A stretch of 62,998 nucleotides of DNA, counting the filler, from Circinaria calcarea (Eukaryota): the NCBI GenBank assembly GCA_051942165.1. It is 48 parts of 48 records of this genome, joined end to end, with 100 filler letters (N's around TTAATTAATTAA, not from the genome) between each part and the next. Parts side by side here need not be neighbours in the genome. Positions count along the whole stretch, not along the records: positions 50,036 to 51,243 come from JAVECS010005116.1; positions 51,344 to 52,551 come from JAVECS010005117.1; positions 52,652 to 53,859 come from JAVECS010005118.1; positions 53,960 to 55,166 come from JAVECS010005119.1; positions 55,267 to 56,473 come from JAVECS010005120.1; positions 56,574 to 57,779 come from JAVECS010005121.1; positions 57,880 to 59,084 come from JAVECS010005122.1; positions 59,185 to 60,389 come from JAVECS010005123.1; 40 more parts are not named here. The stretch is one strand, 5' to 3'. Below the pieces are notes generated by a model that was not told where the DNA came from, searched no databases, and saw only the letters and a program-made list of their open reading frames with translations. How positions within the stretch are numbered: the first letter of the stretch is position 1; every line of letters starts with the position of its first letter. Of this stretch, positions 51,179 to 62,998 are shown piece by piece. Made by a program: the position numbers and the translations under genes.

Positions 51179-51480
51179 GTAAGTGAATGGAGCCACAAAG
51201 TAAATTCGACGTATTGACCTGTTTTAACCATGGCGGCAGCGTTNNNNNNNNNNNNNNNNNNNNNNNNNNNNNNNNNNNNNNNNNNNNTTAATTAATTAAN
51301 NNNNNNNNNNNNNNNNNNNNNNNNNNNNNNNNNNNNNNNNNNNTATCAATGGTTTCAACCTTGCCACAGCCTTCTTGAGAAAACAGGCGGCGACACGGAT
51401 GATTATTTTTCCAGGTTCCGCCGACAACCATCTCATCATCGCATGCCCGGGATGAGCTCTGCTGAAGCATCGTGGCCATC

Positions 51481-52551
51481 ATGAAGGCAAACATCATATT
51501 ACTATTGGCGAGTGCAGCGGCATCGCTCAGTTCTGCTACTCCAGCAGCACCTGTTTACATATTCGACCGATCATCTCGATCTTCGGGGAGTGAGACCCCT
51601 TCCACAGACCCGGAAACCGCCAGACTGCTCCTTGCGTATAGATTGGGCCTATCGCAGTATCACAGTCTAAAAGAAGCAGGAGGTAATACGCTACAATTTC
51701 TCAATGAGTTTGGTGGAAAGCCAAAATCATTGTTTGACGATGGCGAAGAGGAAGACGAAACTCGGAGTGTCCTGGTAATTGTGGAAGGCGTAGAGAAGCC
51801 AGATAGTAAGGATCAAGTCCTACGACCTTTTAATATATTCAACGCTAATGGGAAGAAACAGGTATCTTTGATGCGAATGCTAAGGCAGCATTTAAGATAT
51901 CTAATCCACCACCTCCATCTTCCAATCTACGCCTCGCCACAGATTTCTTGATACAAGAGAGCCATCGCCGCAGGCCCTATGGCAATTTGCAAGAGACGGT
52001 CAAAGCATTGGACTTGCTATCCATGGATAAGTTTGAACCGGGTAACTACAATTCAGAGAACTCAGTAGCAATACTTTATGATTCAACGCTCGAGGTTAGT
52101 AGACTTCCGGTAGAACTCGTGACGAGATTTTGACAGTCTGTAGTCAATAGCCCGCCAGGAAGGTACCAGTAGTGACCGCTACTCAGAAGCCCTTAAAAGC
52201 CTCCGGCGAGTACTCTCGAAAATGCGTAGAGAACATGATGCGCAGGACACCACAGTTATCCTAATGCCACTCAACTCTAAATTTACTAAGCGGACATCAA
52301 GTTCTTATGGATCATATATCGTACCGGCAGTGCGTCACGTGATTCGACAGCAGCAAGAGGAGCCTCTTTCTATGGGCACCACACCTTTATCCTCTTCACC
52401 ATCCTCGCAACCACTACAGCCCAGTCAGCCTCAGGCTTTACGAGCTTCATCACTGCCTAAAACTACACTCCCGATCTGTCACACTACCGAAAGCTTGTGC
52501 GTATCGGCGACACTGAACTGCAGCGGCCACGGAAGTTGCTACAAGAAATTT
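51481..52551 (+). CDS. Vps3844/DUF3844 family protein (intron-containing, 3' partial)
   Basis: Signal peptide; ETARLLLAYRLGLSQYHSL; C...CVSATLNCSGHGSC. Confidence 0.8.
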
Positions 52552-52923
52552 NNNNNNNNNNNNNNNNNNNNNNNNNNNNNNNNNNNNNNNNNNNNTTAAT
52601 TAATTAANNNNNNNNNNNNNNNNNNNNNNNNNNNNNNNNNNNNNNNNNNNNGGGGTTATGGGCTGGGAGTATTTCAATTCCATGACGGAGGAAACACCGG
52701 AAGGAAAGCCTTGGAGCTGGGCTCAGATGATGACGGATATAATGCGGTCATGATATTATTATCGCAGGTGATATCTCGAGAGCTGTATATAGCCAATGCC
52801 GAGTTGGGTTATATCTACGAGCTTTTTGCCAATCGAGCATTTGCTCCAAATGACGGAAGAAGAGAGAGACGGGCTGCATGTGATATTTACGGTAAACAAG
52901 CCTGCCAACTTTTTCTCCAGGCA

Positions 52924-53859
52924 TCATCTAGTTGGCGAGAAATGACCGCCTCCCCTTGTCCGCAGAGTTACGATATCTGACCATAGCTGTCCAATCCAAC
53001 ACGAAACAAGTACATCCTGCGTTTGTGACTGGAGCCCTTGTTCGAAACATAGAATCGGAGTCTTCTCGCCTTCCCATCCTGTCCTGGCCAAAAGCTCTCC
53101 ATCCTCGGTGGTCCAGCGGCATCCATCTTCCTTGAACTTTGACCAGTCCGGGGCGGTGCGGAAAAGAAGACTGGCGCTACCCTCATGCTCGTGATGGATC
53201 TTCCAACTTCCGGTCCAACCTCGATACATCTTAATTAGTCCGGGCAGAGGATTCTGTGTTCTCCCTCGAAGCTCCAACTCCTGATAGTCTAACGTCAGGG
53301 GGGTTATATCATAAAGGCTATCGTCCGACGCAAAGCTTTCGGGCCCTAGTGGATATTCCGCCATATCGACGCGACGCCGAGCACGCCTAATGCCCATTGA
53401 ACTGGTCGAAACATCCAGAAAGTGGGATATATGGTAGATATGGTTGGCCGGTACTGTGGAATTGGAGGGATAAATAAACTGCCCGAATAACAGTCCCTGG
53501 CCTAAAGGCTCATCGAAGGTCAATGATAGTTTGCCTTGATCCGGCACATTGTCAGTCCGTTCTGGCGATGAGGAACTGTGAATAACAGTCTCTTCTAGAT
53601 TATCTTTTTGCTTGAACGTTCTTGTGGAAGGTAAGCCAGAAGCTTTTGTAAGTATATCTCGACCTTCCTTCGCTCCTGCTCGCACCAGCACATCTGCAAT
53701 CAAGGTCTGGTTAGCACGAAGTGCCAAGTCAAGCGGCGTGGAATCTTGATCGGAAAGAGGAGAAGTATCAGCACCAGCCTCGATGAGAAGCTCAACACAG
53801 TCTATATGCCCATTGTTAGCCGCCCAGTGCAACGGAGCCCAGCCAAATGTAGTCTTGAT
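52924..53859 (-). CDS. Ankyrin-repeat protein C-terminus with an additional globular domain
   Basis: GWAPLHWAANNGHIDCVELLIEAGAD and STPLDLA. Confidence 0.85.
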   Translation of the reverse strand: MKTTFGWAPLHWAANNGHIDCVELLIEAGADTSPLSDQDSTPLDLALRANQTLIADVLVRAGAKEGRDILTKASGLPSTRTFKQKDNLEETVIHSSSSPERTDNVPDQGKLSLTFDEPLGQGLLFGQFIYPSNSTVPANHIYHISHFLDVSTSSMGIRRARRRVDMAEYPLGPESFASDDSLYDITPLTLDYQELELRGRTQNPLPGLIKMYRGWTGSWKIHHEHEGSASLLFRTAPDWSKFKEDGCRWTTEDGELLARTGWEGEKTPILCFEQGLQSQTQDVLVSCWIGQLWSDIVTLRTRGGGHFSPTR

Positions 53860-53959
53860 NNNNNNNNNNNNNNNNNNNNNNNNNNNNNNNNNNNNNNNNN
53901 NNNTTAATTAATTAANNNNNNNNNNNNNNNNNNNNNNNNNNNNNNNNNNNNNNNNNNNN

Positions 53960-54555
53960 TCGCATTAGCGATATACCTCGGAAGTATTGTCAAATCGTCG
54001 AAGATTGACTACGAAGCTACCTTGGGCATGGTTCCCATGTGGCTTCTTGGCTTCATGATATTTCAAGAGACTGTAACTTTTGCGCAGGAGATGAAGGTAC
54101 CAGTTCCGGCACCTACTGAACCTGAGACTCCTCTCCCAACCGAGCAAGAGAACAATGCCGAAGACCAGACTTATGCAGACGAGACTTATGCGGATCCCGG
54201 CTTTCCCAAAGGGAGCTCAACACACATGATTTCGCTAGACAAGCACGGCCTCCCGGATGCATACTCGAAATCCAAAGTTCGCGTGTCGGACAACGAAATA
54301 CGAATAAAACCTTGGGGTGAGCTAATCGAACCACCACGCGTTACCCGCAGCAAATCCAGCAAAGCAAAGCGCGAAAGTCTGGTCCCTTCGAATTCCTTGT
54401 CCGGACTCTCCTTGGGGCTTGGTCAAGAACCTCGCTCGGGGCTTTCGACTCCGAAATTTGAGACTTGGGGAGGAGAGAGAAGCACGGCTTTGGTGGCCCG
54501 GAATACAAGGTCGAAGGGACTGAAGACGGAGCCTTGGGGGAGAGGGACCATGTAA
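53960..54555 (+). CDS. Hypothetical protein C-terminus
   Basis: Long frame from the contig start with a disordered tail. Confidence 0.4.
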
Positions 54556-57490
54556 GGAGCATGCCAATTGGCTCTGGTCTTGATTTCGTCTAGCAGGGCG
54601 TTGGTGGGTCATCGGCAATGGGGGGAGGGATTGAACGTTATTGCGAGGCATTTACAGCATGTAGCGTTTCTCGGTTTTAGCGTTTCAGCGTGGAAAGCAC
54701 TCCATCTTAAATTGCGGTATAGATGGATACCTTGAGAATAAAACGAACAAAATTTGGAACCAAAGCCGGAGGAGAGCAAGAAGTCGCTGCCGATGAGAGG
54801 GTGATTGATTGGCACAAGGAAATAACAGTAGCTAATCTAAAGCCTTTGGAAAGCTGGTTTAGGTACAGTAGGCCAGTATTTAACTATAAACTTTGACCTC
54901 CATTCTCCATTCTCCATTTGAAAATCCACAAATCCCTAGGCCAGCACTCCCCCCAAACTCCATCCACCTATCCATCCCATCCCATCCAAAAAAAAACCAA
55001 AAAGAAATATGCCCCTCCGAATCCTCGAATCCTCCTCCTCCGGCCACGCACTCGCTACTTATATTTCTTCTCCCTCTTCCTCTCCCTCTTCCTCTTCCTC
55101 TTCCCCCTCCTCCCCGCCGTCCTCTCCAACGACCCAAAAGCAGGCTAGGATCGATATCATCGTTTGNNNNNNNNNNNNNNNNNNNNNNNNNNNNNNNNNN
55201 NNNNNNNNNNTTAATTAATTAANNNNNNNNNNNNNNNNNNNNNNNNNNNNNNNNNNNNNNNNNNNNGCTGTCAAGGCTGTACTTCAGAATAAGGTCGATG
55301 ACCTGGCAGACGTCGATGAGTTTTACGAGCAATTTGAAAAACGAATGGAGGAATTGAGACATCTCTGAAAACTTGATCGACTGCATTACTGAAAATCTGA
55401 CCTAAAACCCTCGGAGAATAGTACCGGTAAGGCCATATCGATCTTACAAGCAGGTTGCTATTGACTGGGGGTGCATGACCAAAGCTTGTGATGGGGGCAA
55501 GGGGTGAGGACATGGGCTATGACTTGGAACATCGAACAGGGTGTCCTATTGAGATCGGGGATATCTATGACTACCATTCCCACGAAGGCATGCGGGCAGT
55601 CATATGAACTTCTTTGGGAGGTATCTCGGCTCCCTTACGGCGTGTCTTGATGTGTCTAGCATGTACTCTGGTCTATGTGGCTAATTGATGGTCGTTTGAT
55701 GATGGGATAAATGAGTTTACGAGAATGCATCTACCGGATTACTGCACCAGAGTAGAACCTTACTGCATGTCAGCGCTGCGGTGTACCATCCGAGAGACTT
55801 CCGCTAAAACTGCAATTGAATGATGCTAGTTGCTTGAACCTGCAGGGCTTTACCTCCGTACCGACTCTTGATAAAGTAAAGATGTCTCGTACTTGATCCT
55901 CATGGTCCCTTTACTCCACCTGAACATGCCGGCCAATTCTAGCAGACTCTCCAAATGCCATTGGGTGATTTGCAGGTTGAACTACCTTTGGATACAAGAT
56001 CTGAGCACATAACAAACTGCTTACAAATTTCAGCGAATGGCCCTAAATATTATTAATACACTTAAACTCCGAAGCTGATTACGCATATCACCGTTTGGGA
56101 CCTGGTCGACTACCATAGGTAACTAGGCATGCAAGCCAAGGGCCGACGGTCAATAAACTACTAACCGGGCTATCTCTGACCTATGAATCTCCATCAGCCA
56201 TACCATTCGTAGCAATAGAGTGAGGGAATAAGGGATAAGTCAGCGCCACGAAGACGATTAGTCAGAGAGCTGCATGTCAGAAGGTACCTGACTTATTTCA
56301 CCCCCCGCTCAACTGCAGCGCTGCCCCTTTGGAGGATAGCCCTTTCCACCTCTGGGCGCAGTAGCAGGACGGGGCGGGACGGGAAGGACGGTATAAAAAG
56401 GTGTTGCCCTCACGCACTATGCTTCTTCCAAGACATCCATCACGCTTTTCAACCCTCGGTCAACTCTCGTAGTNNNNNNNNNNNNNNNNNNNNNNNNNNN
56501 NNNNNNNNNNNNNNNNNTTAATTAATTAANNNNNNNNNNNNNNNNNNNNNNNNNNNNNNNNNNNNNNNNNNNNTCGTTTGCATTCTTTAGTCCCGTTGTC
56601 CGATTGACGAGAGTCTTGCCAACACTAAACTGGGTCAGCTACGTATCGGCTCCAGATTCGAGACGAGCTTACTCTCGAATTTGGAACGTCGAAGGAGCCT
56701 TCAACAGCATTAAAAAGACATCTGCTTTAACCATGAAGAGGTACGGACCTTGACAGAAAACCAGTCTTTACGAGTGAAGGGATCTTGTGTCCTCTTCTTG
56801 AGCCCTTTCTTACCTTTTGAAAGGCGCTTGTTCCTTGGAGCCGATTAGCTCTGTATCACTGTCGTACTTGACCGCTTCATGCGTATAGAATCGAGGGGCA
56901 GGACATACTTTCCGACCGCCATGTCTGTGGTGCTGTCGTGAATTTCAAGTACGACTCAAGAATCGAATAGTTCGAAGAATCAATTTGATTGTGGGGCTAC
57001 TTTCGACTGGGGTGCTAAGCGAATAGCCCTAAGGGAAGTTTCGATCCCGCACTACTTTTCTCCCGTACCGGCCTTGGCGTTGCCTCAGGCGCTTCCAACA
57101 TCGAATCCGGATCCATGGCAGGTTTCAAATACAATTCCACCCTGCATCGACGCCGTTGTCACGACAATATCCTTTTAAAACGCTCCACAGGGGTATTGTG
57201 GAAGAGATGGATAAGGATAGTTAAGCCGCACAAAGGGCATCTACTCTCAGGCAAATAAAGTCTACCCTAGACATACGGACCGTTTATGCAACGAGAGAAT
57301 AGAGGTTGCTTGGCTCAGTCATGTACTCCTCTTGCTGGATCTACTACCGGCTGAGCCCCATCTTTTTCTGCTCTCGCTGAGGTTTATGTTGTTACCAGGT
57401 ACCAGATAGTAGAAGGTTATCATGTAAACTCTAATTACATTGCCTGCCAGTAGGAGTATGGTTGGCGCACAGCTCTATAGTAAACTCTGG

Positions 57491-57779
57491 TGTTATGGCG
57501 CGACGCCATACCCCTGACAGGCCAAGTGCCGGAACGGAGGAACCAGGAGCCGGGCGCTCCCAGGTGCTCCCAGGACTTGCCAGGGAGCATTGGGATCACT
57601 TGGGAGCACCAGTACTATATAGGCAGGCTATCCGGCGTTCTTTAGAATAGCATGCTTATAGAACCATAACGAGTTCAATATATTCTTTTATATTAGCCTA
57701 GGGCAACAGTTCAACTACACCCTATGTAACCGTGCTATCACCAGTCGGGACCTATTATATTCCTCAACAGGCCCCAAGG
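57491..57779 (+). mobile_element. LTR family A, nearly complete (cut by the contig end)
   Basis: TGTTATGGCG start, TATATA element, conserved 3' half. Confidence 0.87.
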
Positions 57780-60700
57780 NNNNNNNNNNNNNNNNNNNNN
57801 NNNNNNNNNNNNNNNNNNNNNNNTTAATTAATTAANNNNNNNNNNNNNNNNNNNNNNNNNNNNNNNNNNNNNNNNNNNNGGGAGAAGGTGCTTGTGGTGG
57901 AGGTGAATTTGCTGTGGGCGTCTTTTTAGGGGGGAGGGACTTTAATCCGAAATATGCAACTTTATACCCCCAACACTCTAATTTTCAGGGGGTTTACCCT
58001 GAGGCCCAGATTAATGTTAGGAGGGTTTTAGGTATTAGCCTAAGAACCCTGGCCCGAGGTTAATAGGCTACATTCACTGTCGCGGGTTTTTCAGTGGGTT
58101 GCTGTCGCTGTCGCACTGGGTCGCAATGCCACTGGCGGCAGTGACCTCTACAATAGTGGGTTTTTGCGATAGTGGGTCTTTAGTGACAGCCACCTACCAC
58201 TAACTAAAGGTCAATCACCTAAAATTTGGGGGTGAGGTCTGCATATTTCAAGCCTGTAGGGGGATGAAATTGCATATTTCCGAGGATTCTATGTTCTTTA
58301 TATTGTGTACGAATGGGACAGAAAACCCCCCAATTCCTGCTTGTTTTCTGCAGATTGGTAGAAATTTGAAAAGTAAGGAACGGCTTTTATGCTCTACCTA
58401 TCCCGCTTTTTAACCGGGGAATTCCTCCTACTCACCTCGTAAGGGATGAATGTCACCCATCTATCCAGCAATCGTGTAATTATTATCCTCCGGGAATGTC
58501 TCAAGAACCAGCAATTTCAAGGACAACGACCACTCACCCCGGATGTACCGCCATACTGACGATCCCCAGGATACTCGAAAATGTGCCTTCCGGACCAGAT
58601 AGTTGACCGCCTGCCTTACTAGCCCCCATAGGCCGCGGCTCGGAAAGGGGCCTCCTCGTTCGTCAGAGCGGCAATACTCCCCCACCGCCGCTCGACACCA
58701 CATATATACCTCCTTTCTCTTTTTACCCTTCCCCTTTCTCCTTTTGCCCTTCCCCTTTCCCTTCCCCTTCCCCTCCCAATCTTTCCCCTCTCCTTCTCAT
58801 CCTTGCCTCCAAACCGTGCCTCAAAAGCAGCCAGCACGCACGCAACAGCATCAAAACGACGCCCCCCATTCTCAGTCGGTTACCATATGGCTACCCCACG
58901 CCCCGACGAAGTGAAGTGACCCAGGAAAGGATTACATACCCTTCATCACCGGGCGTGAACCAACCGCGCGGTGGTTTTATCCCTTCTTATGCCGCGGGCG
59001 GAAAAATCAAGAAAACGATGGAATTTTTGCAAGAGATATTAAACTCGCAAGAATGCCGGGACATTTTTTTCCAATGTCTAAAAGNNNNNNNNNNNNNNNN
59101 NNNNNNNNNNNNNNNNNNNNNNNNNNNNTTAATTAATTAANNNNNNNNNNNNNNNNNNNNNNNNNNNNNNNNNNNNNNNNNNNNGATCTACACTCACTTT
59201 GCATCTCAACCGCCAAACCTGACCCGGAGCTACTATATCCGTGCGCTAGAATCCACCCAATGCAAGCTTAGCTTCGATTACCCCGGAAAGCCTAAAAAGG
59301 AGGTCAACGCAATCCCACGCCACTCCAGAGACGGCTGAGTCCGACCTGAAATGGGGAGTTGGGAAATTGGCAGCTTGTATTCTTTTGCGGGCAATCCAAC
59401 CTTAACCAGTCATGACATCTTGTCCTACCAAATCCAACCATACCATAGGGGTACTCGAAGCTGTGGAAGGGAGATCCGACGCCGGTTCCAGTAGCTGAGA
59501 ATGAAACGAGCCAATAATAATAATAAAAGGCAAAGCTTTTTGGATCCGTCTCACATCAGCCCGGTCACGTACCCATGTTTTAAAGACGGGGAAAGGTCCG
59601 TATCGGGAGGCCTGACAGAATACTCATCCGACAATTCCCTGTTCTTCCTTTCTTTCCAGAAAATTACCTGTCAGAGCTCAAATTAGCTCCGCTGAGCAGC
59701 CGTTGGCAAATTGATCTCATAACCTTCCGACCCCGTGCTCACCGGAACTTCTAAATTGCAATTCCATGTAATTCCCATCCAGTAGCATCAAGTAGCTGCT
59801 ATGACCCTTTCCCCTCTCGGCAAATACCCCTCGCCCCGACCTCTCGGTCATGTGATTTTTCTTACCAAAACACGACACCACGTGTCTATCTCGTTTATTT
59901 CACCCACACATACATCCACCAAACACCCCTTGTCTTTCCTCGTTCCCAAACCTCATTGGTCATGACCTGAATCAGGGGTCAGGGGATCTTACTCCAAAAT
60001 CTACACTGCGTCTCTTTTTTTCTTCCCCTCCGTCCAAAAGTCCCTTTTTCCCCTCATGATCCATCCAATCCCCATTTCAATACCGATACAGCGATGGAGT
60101 ACGAAACGGGGAGGGAGTCTGGGAAAGCGGGAGGTAAGGGACTAAACCGACTGGCCAATTCGGTCCGAAAAGGAGAAGGGAGGAGGAGACAAGGGGGAAG
60201 GGGGAGAAAAGTGAAGACGGGAAAAACGAATGGATTAGTAGTAAATGAAAATGGAATTAGGAAAGCTGGAATGAGAACGAGACGAGAGCAGAATAGATAG
60301 GGTTATTAACCATAGACCCAACCCCCATCTCCACCTCCCGCCATGAATGAGAAAAAAACTCCTCTAACGCTACATACAAACCCCTCCCCNNNNNNNNNNN
60401 NNNNNNNNNNNNNNNNNNNNNNNNNNNNNNNNNTTAATTAATTAANNNNNNNNNNNNNNNNNNNNNNNNNNNNNNNNNNNNNNNNNNNNAAAACAACCAT
60501 GTGCCCATATATGAACCCAGAGCCCTCATTAACATTGTAAAGCATCTATCTAACCTAGAGTAACGCTCCCCAGACTACGACTGCCGCCGGGCGCTTTGGG
60601 TTCATTCATTCCCAAAGGCCAAGGGGGGGGTGATCTTCTCCTCGAAAAATACCACAATTTCGTCCCCCCTTTTCCCCTTTTTTCGCCAAAACATCATTGT

Positions 60701-60880
60701 TTCGGCTGCAGTGGTGAATTATTATAAGGGGGCTCTATCTAGGCTTGCTGTACGTACTGGCGAGGTTGGGTTAGGGATTAGGAGATTGAGGAAATTTTGC
60801 TTGGTGGAGTGAGTATTCTTTTCTGTTGAAAGGTGTTTTCGGTTTTGATATTGAATTCAATAATTTTTTTAGCTCGTTCG

Positions 60881-61040
60881 TATGAGGCCGTAGAGCACTT
60901 TACTTGAAAAGTATCTAGAGTGAAGGTATGTGGTAATGTGAGGCACGAGCAATACGATGGCTATACGCAGTATATGCGAGAGCTAATCATTACAGAAGAA
61001 GAAGTGTGCGTGTGAAAGGTTTTCACTATACGCCAAGACG
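60881..61040. repeat. Dispersed 160-bp repeat, copy 2
   Basis: Reverse complement of 3421-3580. Confidence 0.85.
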
Positions 61041-61459
61041 AGCCTTACAGTTTGTGAGTCGTGAGTTGTGAGTCGTGGGTTGGGGGAATAGAAAAAGGAG
61101 AAAGGCCTTGCGGATGCCCGATATCGATATGGTATCGGGCGAGCTGGAGTGTAAATCTTACCAATTTGCTTTTTTGCGCGTTAGCGGACTCAGGTTGCTT
61201 GCATTTCTACGTGAGCGTGCTCGCCTTTTATGCTATGGAAGGCAACACACGCCGCTAAGCTTAATCGGGTCTACAGGGAGGGGGGGGGGGACTTCCAACA
61301 GTAAGGTGTTTCATTGGTGAAAGCACGCTGCGCGCACAGAAATCAATGTCCGAGGGGTTTATCACGAAGATTAGATTTCAAATCCTAAATGGTGTTGGTT
61401 TTGGTGGCTCAGTAGTTACCCCCTTTGTCATTCTATTCTCCGGTAGCTTTTAGGTTTAT

Positions 61460-61693
61460 TTATTCCAAGGCGATTCTCTCCTCGAACGCCAGCCCCTTTT
61501 GAAAAACCGCAATCTCATCCCTTTTCGCCAAAACAACATATCCGGCTGCAGTACAAACCATAACGGGCTCCACGCCGCTATGCCAGCCATAAGGGATGAA
61601 GAAATGCTTGATGTAGTACTTTTCCGCTCCGGCATTCTCGGTCTTGATCGAGCAAACCCAGCCGTCGTGATCGAGAAATAGAAAGGAGGCTTT
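61460..61693 (-). CDS. C-terminus of a NACHT/WD40-type fungal NLR-like protein
   Basis: FLFLDHDGWVCSI...YYIKHFFIPYGW...EIAVFQKGL. Confidence 0.68.
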   Translation of the reverse strand, partial: KASFLFLDHDGWVCSIKTENAGAEKYYIKHFFIPYGWHSGVEPVMVCTAAGYVVLAKRDEIAVFQKGLAFEERIALE

Positions 61694-61794
61694 GNNNNNN
61701 NNNNNNNNNNNNNNNNNNNNNNNNNNNNNNNNNNNNNNTTAATTAATTAANNNNNNNNNNNNNNNNNNNNNNNNNNNNNNNNNNNNNNNNNNNN

Positions 61795-61935
61795 GTTCCA
61801 TACCGTCTCCGAGTCCGTATCTCGAGGAAGCGTAACGACGAGGAGGATGCCAAGGAGAAGCTCTACAGCTACGTGCAGGCGGTGAATGTGAAGAACCCCA
61901 AGGGATTACAGACGGCACTAGTGGAGGACGCGTAA
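61795..61935 (+). CDS. RPL31: 60S ribosomal protein L31, C-terminus
   Basis: [27 protein letters not shown]. Confidence 0.95.
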   Translation, partial: VPYRLRVRISRKRNDEEDAKEKLYSYVQAVNVKNPKGLQTALVEDA

Positions 61936-62998
61936 GAGGCGTTCTGACGTTGAGATGGGCCGATGCTGGTTAATGTATCGTGAGCGGATAGCTGGACAAT
62001 TGTGGAAAGCTAGATACCATGGCCGTGCCCGGTAGGGGCTACTGGCAGGGGCAACGACTCGAATCCATTATCAAAAATACTTAGGATCTCTCCAATCCTT
62101 CTTATTATCCTATGCTGTTGTCCAAAAGCACATCCAGTCTCAAACGATCCTACCCCTCGCCTTCATTAAACTTTTAGTTGAACCCAGAAACAGATGAGGT
62201 GGAAGTGAGCAAGTCGGTCAATTGATCATCGTAAGCATCAGTCAGCATCGTGGGCTGGCTGATTGTTTGAGAACCCCCGCTTACGATAGTCTTATCAAGG
62301 TTGTCTCAAGCCTCAAGTCATCTCGCAATGCGCGTAATCATCATCTCTCCTATTGTCGCAACACCACCAGCCTCTCACCGTATACGATTGGTTCAAGATG
62401 TTTGACTGCTCCTACGACGGATGATCAGATTGATCGCCTCAGGTGTTCATTTCATCGTGCGCATGCCAAGCTTGCTCCCTCTCCTCTGCAATGCAACGAA
62501 CAACCGCATTGACTCGATGCATTACTGTTACATCGAGCTGGATTGCGCCAGGATCAACCTGCATTCGCATTGTTGTTATGGACTTTGGAATGGATCAAAA
62601 GTATTGTAATACTTCTGCAGCCATGCGTAAGTCCTGCAGAGAGCTGAATGCAGCAATGGTTGACACTGATCGCCCTCGGGGGAAAGGAACGGAAGGATGG
62701 GTAGTATTTGGCATCTTCACTTTGTCTCTATTTACATGCAATAAATACTCGCCCAGTTCAACTGATCTTCTCATCAATATCCTTCCACTCTCACAATCAA
62801 CTCTTTCCATTCCCTCTGCTCTCCTTCAGCTGCTCTCCTGCTTTTTCTCAGCCCCCAAAAACTCCCCCAAACAAGATTAAGAACAATGCCCCAAGTCACC
62901 TTCCGCGACACCTCCTGCCCCACCCTCCTAGCCGACATTGAACTTATCACCAAAAAACTTCACATCTCCGCCACCGAAGGTTCCTGCCCCAACACCAC

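Noticed and set aside
55267..55513. Possible gene start (MSSPLAP..., IDLILKYSLD)
   Set aside because: Too short and splicing is ambiguous; no family can be supported
62886..62998. ORF start MPQVTFRDTSCP at the window end
   Set aside because: Only 37 codons and unrecognised

Overview
This is not one contiguous locus. It is 48 short contigs (about 1225 bp falling to about 1205 bp, so length-sorted) joined by 47 artificial spacers (N44-TTAATTAATTAA-N44). Adjacency across spacers means nothing and most genes are partial. Nearly all contigs come from a filamentous ascomycete (Pezizomycotina): short GT-AG introns with CTRAC branch sites, fungal housekeeping gene fragments (MRPS8, AAT2, SEC16, IDP1, RPS13, ERG28, CCT2, PCH2, palF/RIM8, RPL31), HET/NLR fragments, and AT-rich, RIP-like repeats. 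Contig 1 looks bacterial. The most notable item is the 3' end of an apparently intact Gypsy chromovirus (19838-21056). Between the chromodomain and the 3' LTR it carries an antisense 200-aa ORF with a Zn(II)2Cys6-like cluster and a long coiled coil. Its LTR, and a related LTR family seen six times in the window, contain opposed arrays of short motifs with 9-10 bp periodicity. Gene calls come from motif recognition only; no searches were run.
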